A DNA stretch of 59,981 bases, the filler included, from Fonticula-like sp. SCN 57-25 (taxonomy: Eukaryota), in assembly GCA_001724245.1 (NCBI GenBank). It is 6 parts of 6 records of this genome, joined end to end, with 100 filler letters (N's around TTAATTAATTAA, not from the genome) between each part and the next. Parts side by side here need not be neighbours in the genome. Positions count along the whole stretch, not along the records: positions 51,396 to 59,981 come from MEDX01000298.1; 5 more parts are not named here. One strand, given 5' to 3'. Below the pieces are notes generated by a model that was not told the origin of the DNA, made no database searches, and saw nothing but the letters and a program-made list of their open reading frames with translations. Position numbers and translations under genes: made by a program. This document shows, in pieces, positions 59,801 to 59,981 of this stretch; positions within the stretch are counted from its first letter, which is position 1; every line of letters starts with the position of its first letter.

Positions 59801-59981
59801 CCTTCGCCTCACCCATGCTGGACTGCTTGCATCGGCAGTCGTGGCAGCTGCACAGGGTCGTCCTCAAAGCCTTACCGGCGTTAATGGACGTATCCTTGGT
59901 GGTGGTGCATCTGCACTGCGGCCCGCAGCCGCAACCTTGATCCGGCCCCTCTTTCATGTCGATGACAAAGACAGGTTGCAA
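56812..59981 (-). CDS. P1B-type copper-transporting ATPase (ATP7/CCC2-like), 5' end outside the window
   Basis: Two GMTCxSC HMA domains, IACPCALGLATP, DKTGTLT, GDGINDAP, YN in TM and MALSS. Confidence 0.95.

Overview
The window is not one locus. It is six contigs joined by five identical artificial 100-nt linkers (N-run, TTAATTAATTAA, N-run) at 11684, 20483, 29243, 42587 and 51296. Contigs 1, 2, 4 and 6 are a compact, GC-rich genome of a unicellular eukaryote with short introns (mostly about 45-60 nt, GTAC/GTGC donors). Its gene content suggests an amorphean-type protist (inference). Genes: PEX4, CCT1, XPO6, MED17, a Spinster-like MFS, PMS2, UBE2H, an RNF216-like RBR ligase, JKAMP, thiolase, a DH-PH RhoGEF, GET3, an unusual PRMT5-like gene, AK-HSDH, TRAPPC1, PA28, SPT5 and a Cu-ATPase. 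Two contigs stand out. Contig 3 (20583-29242) looks like a large eukaryotic DNA virus, most plausibly a mirusvirus. It encodes a type II glycoprotein with a repeat stalk and beta-helix head, an F-box-like protein, NLS/acidic proteins, a gene split by one in-frame spliceosomal intron, and a truncated ORF that may be the capsid N-terminus. Contig 5 (42687-51295) is a tandem array of three diverging WD40-coiled-coil-SAM-SAM genes. It encloses a small RxxxxH (HEPN-like) ORF and a MULE relic, which suggests a candidate innate-immune island. It is also strongly enriched in CACGTG and GCAAACT motifs, even inside exons. All family calls come from motif recognition by eye; no database searches were run.
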